Shown: positions 35,994-39,753 of the stretch, one piece after another
Layout of the letters: every line of letters begins with the position of its first letter
Position numbering within the stretch: position 1 is the stretch's first letter
Source: Bacteroidales bacterium
GTDB lineage: Bacteria; Bacteroidota; Bacteroidia; Bacteroidales; PUMT01
DNA: 39,753 nt
Assembly: GCA_007131165.1 (NCBI GenBank)
Contig: SLRB01000262.1
Span: forward strand, 1 to 39,753
Direction of reading: 5' to 3'
Made by a program: the position numbers and the translations under genes
Notes under the pieces: generated by a model
Told to the model about the DNA's origin: nothing
What the model saw: the letters and a program-made list of their open reading frames with translations, nothing else
The model's database searches: none

Positions 35994-37048
35994 CCCCGTA
36001 TGTATTTTATAGCCGATGCCTTGAAACTGATCCACACCCTTTTCCCGGGTCTGAGCCTTAGCGATGCCACCGATTCTTCCGAAACCAGTGCACCCATCTC
36101 CCGGCCTATATCTACAATCACCTCGGTTCCGACCCGTGCCGGGCGGACAGATTTTATGGTGGCCGGGAAATTATTAACCGCCGAAGATGATGTTTTCGAG
36201 GCAGATATTATAATATCTTCAGCCCTGACCACAACAAACCCCTCTCCCGGTGGCTCATCACTCAGCAAGGTAAAACTGATCCCCCCGGCAATAAAATTTT
36301 TAAGCGTTCCGGTACTCTGAACGAGTGTACCCTCTATAAAATTTCTTATTCCTACAAAACGGGCAACAAATTCTGAGCGTGGATCACTGAACACCTCAGC
36401 CGCAGTCCCTGTCTGCACCACCGTGCCTTTCTCCATCACTCCTATCTGCCCTGCCAGCATAGCAGCCTCCTCATAATCATGGGTTACATGCACTATTGAC
36501 TGTCCCCGGCCGTTAATCTCCCTTAGCAGCATCCGGAGATCGGATCTGAGTTGTACATCGAGTGAAGAGAGCGGTTCATCAAGAAGAAGCACTTCAGGTC
36601 CGGGGGCAAGGGCCCTTGCAAGGGCAACCCGCTGCTGTTCGCCTCCTGAAAGGTAACGGGGCGAACGTTCAAGCAGGTGATCTACCCATGTTATCCCGGC
36701 AAGCTGTAATACTCGCCGGCGTAGCCCGGAGCGCCCAATTCTTCGCGACAACAGCGGGTATGCAATATTATCGTAAACACTCATATGAGGGAAAAGTGCA
36801 GAATCCTGAAAAACCAGTCCCACCCCCCGCTTCTGTACCTTTTCCCGGGTTATATCCCTTCCGCCAAGTATCACACGTCCACCATCAGGCCGTATTAGTC
36901 CCCCCAAAACCTGCAGCAACACGCTCTTCCCGGCCCCCGACATTCCAAGCAGCACCAGGTAACCACCCTGTCCGGCTGTAAAACTAACGTCACGAAGGCT
37001 AAAGCTGCCGAGCCTGACAGATATGTTTTCAACTTTCAGCATTGTCAT
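35990..37048 (-). CDS. Molybdate/tungstate ABC transporter ATP-binding protein (ModC/WtpC-like) with C-terminal TOBE/Mop domain
   Basis: Walker A GMSGAGKS, signature LSGGEQQRVALARAL, Walker B LLLDEPLSSLD. The C-terminal ~110 aa form a TOBE-like beta domain. The ATG at 37048 (MTMLKVENI) is preferred over the track start at 37156. Confidence 0.85.
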   Translation of the reverse strand: MTMLKVENISVRLGSFSLRDVSFTAGQGGYLVLLGMSGAGKSVLLQVLGGLIRPDGGRVILGGRDITREKVQKRGVGLVFQDSALFPHMSVYDNIAYPLLSRRIGRSGLRRRVLQLAGITWVDHLLERSPRYLSGGEQQRVALARALAPGPEVLLLDEPLSSLDVQLRSDLRMLLREINGRGQSIVHVTHDYEEAAMLAGQIGVMEKGTVVQTGTAAEVFSDPRSEFVARFVGIRNFIEGTLVQSTGTLKNFIAGGISFTLLSDEPPGEGFVVVRAEDIIISASKTSSSAVNNFPATIKSVRPARVGTEVIVDIGREMGALVSEESVASLRLRPGKRVWISFKASAIKYIRG

Positions 37049-37844
37049 ATTTGGATGATAGCATGCGAAGCAGCACAAAAAAAGCCAGGCAGACACAGAT
37101 AAAAACAACCGCAACGGGCCGTGCATATGCAAGTCCGAATGACCCGAAACGTTCATAAATAAGTACCGGCGTAATCATCGGGTGGTACGCAACAATCACA
37201 ACAGCCCCGAATTCACTCATACCACGGGCCCACATCATAATCATACCCGAAACAATTGAACGCCACGCGAGCGGAAGGCTTATAGTAAAAAAGACACGGG
37301 CCGGTGAGGCCCCAAGCACCAGTGCAGCTTTTTCCAGCTTTTCAGGAACCGCCGCAAAGCCATCCCGTGCAGCGTTAACCAAAAACGGGATACTCACGAA
37401 GGCCATCGCCAGTATGATGCCAGGCGCACTGCCCACGAAGTTCAGTCCCACACTTTCACCCAATCTGCCAACCACGGTATCTCTCGACACGAAACCCAGT
37501 ATTGCTATACCTGCTGCAGAGTGGGGAATCACAACAGGAACATCGATAATGGCAGAAACCAGTTTCTTCAGGGGAAAGTTCTTCCTGGCAAGGATCCAGG
37601 CGAACGGTATGGCGGCAATCCCGAATATAATAGTGGCAAGCATTGATGTCCACAATGTCAGCCCTATGCTTTCGGCCACCTCCCGGTCGACCGCTGTCTC
37701 AAAAAATTCTGCAGGCGAGGTGGCAATAAACATACCGGCCAGTGGTGCAATTATGAACAGCAGCACCAATCCCCCAAGGAGAATAAACACAAGCCTCATC
37801 GCATCCAAGTCTCTCATAATTACCTGAATCATATTTCGCGGCAT
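37029..37844 (-). CDS. Molybdate/tungstate ABC transporter permease (ModB/WtpB-like)
   Basis: 271 aa with 5-6 TM and an EAA loop LEKAALVLGASPARVFFTISLP. Confidence 0.85.
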   Translation of the reverse strand: MPRNMIQVIMRDLDAMRLVFILLGGLVLLFIIAPLAGMFIATSPAEFFETAVDREVAESIGLTLWTSMLATIIFGIAAIPFAWILARKNFPLKKLVSAIIDVPVVIPHSAAGIAILGFVSRDTVVGRLGESVGLNFVGSAPGIILAMAFVSIPFLVNAARDGFAAVPEKLEKAALVLGASPARVFFTISLPLAWRSIVSGMIMMWARGMSEFGAVVIVAYHPMITPVLIYERFGSFGLAYARPVAVVFICVCLAFFVLLRMLSSKYDNAES

Positions 37845-37887
37845 TCGCGGCCGAAATCCATGCTGTTCATATTCAAAAAAATCCTGT

Positions 37888-38844
37888 TCACTCCGCCTTC
37901 ACGAACTGCCTGAGACCCTCCGGTACCATCCCGTATGTTGCAGATACTGCCGGCACAATACTGTTCTGACCGTTACGCTCCATGATGGCTTGTCCGTCCT
38001 CTGAGAGAAAAAACCCGATAAACTCCTCTGCCAGGAACCTGTTTCCGGTTTTATGGGGCATCGTGATGCCGTATATCATCGCCTCACCTGTTTCAATGAT
38101 CGTCTCTCCCGGACGGGTTCCCCTGACTTCGATGCTCGCATTGCTGTACCAATCATTCAATGCGGGATTCTTCAGGTTCAGCTCGTCGGGAAGAACCACG
38201 AACTGCAGTCCGTGCTGCTCAGCCACAGAACGGTACAGGAAGATATAGTCGAGTGCATTTTTTTCAAGCAAAGCCAGCAAATCGGTCTCCTTGGGCCTTA
38301 TCATATTGCGGTGACGGGAAAGAAGCTTTTCTGAAAGGCCCGGCTCTTCATAATACAATTCAGCAAGCTGGGTAACTAATACCGACCTCACACCGCAGGG
38401 ATCCGAATCTGGATCCGACCGGCCATAGACAACATCATCCCTCAGCAGCAGCCGGTACCAGTTGCCGGCATCAATCCTGTCACTGTAGCGCGATCCATGG
38501 TTGTAGACGATCGCCATCTCATTCCCTGCAAAGGTAATGTTCCATGAAGCATGGTCAGGTATCAGGAATACATCTATTACATTGTAATCGGCTGATATAT
38601 AAACATCACAGGGAACATCCAGGTCGCTTATCCTCCTTGCTCCTGCCTTGCTGCCCCAGGCTTCGGTAAGGACCCTCACACCAGGGTTACGTGCTTCGAA
38701 AGAATCGGCTGCTTCGCTAACTGGCACCGAGAGGCTGCCGGCATGGATGATCCTGAGTGTTTCCGTGTGCCCTTTACAGGAAAAGAGTCCACCGGCCAGG
38801 CAGAATAAAAACAATACAAGATTATTTAAAGCAAACCTTAACAT
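37888..38844 (-). CDS. Periplasmic oxyanion-binding lipoprotein, WtpA/ModA-like (tungstate/molybdate)
   Basis: Lipobox LAGGLFSC. LRIIHAGSLSVP resembles the anion-binding N-terminal motif of the WtpA/ModA class. The ATG at 38844 is preferred over the TTG at 38850. Confidence 0.7.
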   Translation of the reverse strand: MLRFALNNLVLFLFCLAGGLFSCKGHTETLRIIHAGSLSVPVSEAADSFEARNPGVRVLTEAWGSKAGARRISDLDVPCDVYISADYNVIDVFLIPDHASWNITFAGNEMAIVYNHGSRYSDRIDAGNWYRLLLRDDVVYGRSDPDSDPCGVRSVLVTQLAELYYEEPGLSEKLLSRHRNMIRPKETDLLALLEKNALDYIFLYRSVAEQHGLQFVVLPDELNLKNPALNDWYSNASIEVRGTRPGETIIETGEAMIYGITMPHKTGNRFLAEEFIGFFLSEDGQAIMERNGQNSIVPAVSATYGMVPEGLRQFVKAE

Positions 38845-38854
38845 CTGCAATTAT

Positions 38855-38891
38855 TATAAAAAAAGCCCGGAAGGAACCCCTGCCAGGCTTC
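38855..38891 (-). terminator. Rho-independent terminator/attenuator between the AOR gene and the transporter genes
   Basis: The minus-strand RNA is AAGCCUGG-CAGGGGUUCCUU-CCGGGCUU followed by UUUUUAUAAUAAUU. The stem is 8 bp including one G-U pair. It begins about 20 nt after the AOR stop. Confidence 0.6.
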
Positions 38892-38911
38892 TCATTTTAA
38901 AAAAAGTTTTA

Positions 38912-39753
38912 TCAGTCCTCCTGATGGTCCTTAACGAGCTCTATAAGCTCGGGCAGATCCATACCCAGTTTTTTCAGATGCTCGATCTTCGGCACCCCGT
39001 TACGTGTCCACCCCCTTCTAAGATATACAGCATCAAGAAGCTGCTCATAGCGCTCTTCACGGTATTTGCGGTGTATCGCTATCTTCTCTTCGGTTGACTT
39101 ACCCTCCGGATCTATGTTCATCAGTTCCTTGAGTTGCTTATCGTAGCGCTCCTGCCTCGATTCATACTCCTCTGCCGTTACCGGTCCGGCAGCCCTGTAT
39201 GGCTGGGCATCATACTTTCTGGTGCCAAACCCGCGGCGCAGGTTAAAGACCCGCTGGTAGTTATATACCCTTTCCGTTTGTCTCATCAGCTCATCCTTGT
39301 CAAATGGCTGCCCGGTAACTGCCTTATATATGGTAACGTAGTTATCGACATGCTCCGGCACCTTTGCAGGCTCATCGGTCTCCGCATTACCTTCGGGCTC
39401 AACGTCATTCCATGGCAGTTTACACAATCCCACCAATCCAAACCATGTACGGAACATAGGGAAGTAGTGCAGCGCCTCTGCCTTGTCTTCAAAAGTGGGT
39501 ATCTGGTTATTGACCATATCCATGAATATAAGCCACGCCTCATCGTGCTGAGGGCCCTTGTTGGTCATAGCGTACCCACCTTGCTGGGCAAGAGATTCCT
39601 TCGACATATACTGGGAGTATTCAAGTCCTTTGTTCTCCATGGCAATATCCTGAAGGAGGGCAGCATCGCCCCACCCCTTCTCAATGAACATCTCCTTCAT
39701 CTTACGCACTCCAAGCCCTGCAATCTTGCCAAAACCTTCGCCTCTCGCAAGCA
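38912..39753 (-). CDS. Aldehyde:ferredoxin oxidoreductase family (tungstopterin enzyme), C-terminal ~280 aa; gene continues beyond window
   Basis: The frame stays open upstream of the track's GTG to the window edge (..LARGEGFGKIAGLGVRKMKE..). AFOR C-terminal domain features are ERVYNYQRVFNLRRGFG and LLDAVYLRRGWTRNGVPKIEHLKKLGM. Confidence 0.8.
   Translation of the reverse strand, partial: LARGEGFGKIAGLGVRKMKEMFIEKGWGDAALLQDIAMENKGLEYSQYMSKESLAQQGGYAMTNKGPQHDEAWLIFMDMVNNQIPTFEDKAEALHYFPMFRTWFGLVGLCKLPWNDVEPEGNAETDEPAKVPEHVDNYVTIYKAVTGQPFDKDELMRQTERVYNYQRVFNLRRGFGTRKYDAQPYRAAGPVTAEEYESRQERYDKQLKELMNIDPEGKSTEEKIAIHRKYREERYEQLLDAVYLRRGWTRNGVPKIEHLKKLGMDLPELIELVKDHQED

Noticed and set aside
1-39753. 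Window-wide look for CRISPR repeats, IS/transposase or integrase genes, phage modules, toxin-antitoxin pairs, restriction-modification or other known defence genes
   Set aside because: None was recognised. All ORFs above about 100 aa that are not antisense shadows have metabolic, transport, envelope or regulatory assignments. A by-eye scan cannot exclude short or degenerate repeats.

Overview
This window reads as a densely coded chromosomal segment of a Bacteroidota-like anaerobe. That lineage call is inference, from TAnnTTTG -7 promoter boxes in front of several genes, a DUF5103 / type IX secretion (T9SS) plug-like gene, Na+-NQR, and no obvious Shine-Dalgarno use. I support about 38 CDS and found no rRNA, tRNA, CRISPR array, transposase, integrase or phage genes. 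There are four blocks. (1) 1-10.5 kb is an exopolysaccharide block: Wza/Wzc export, an initiating sugar-phosphate transferase, a GT26 transferase, two exported glycan-active enzymes and divergent gmd-fcl. (2) 10.9-20.2 kb holds unrelated housekeeping or accessory genes: a Kv-type K+ channel, an exported C26 amidohydrolase, two stand-alone LytTR proteins, a serine hydrolase, NhaC and a fused 2-oxoacid dehydrogenase E1. (3) 20.3-29.0 kb is nqrABCDEF-apbE plus nqrM, an AI-2E permease and a second NqrM-like micro-protein. (4) 30.6-39.75 kb is a one-strand tungsten/molybdenum island: partial aldehyde:ferredoxin oxidoreductase (AOR), a WtpABC-like transporter, a MobB-like P-loop protein, moeA, moaA, moaC, a degenerate exported pyrophosphatase (PPase)-like protein, a MOSC-MogA fusion and an HD hydrolase. 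I see no classical defence or mobile system. The best candidates for undescribed biology are three. First, the pair of paralogous 4-Cys single-TM micro-proteins around an AI-2E permease beside the NQR operon. Second, the uncharacterised accessory genes translationally coupled inside the W-cofactor island. Third, the sensor-less tandem LytTR pair with a repeated composite motif upstream. All product calls rest on motifs read by eye and recalled family knowledge; no searches were run.
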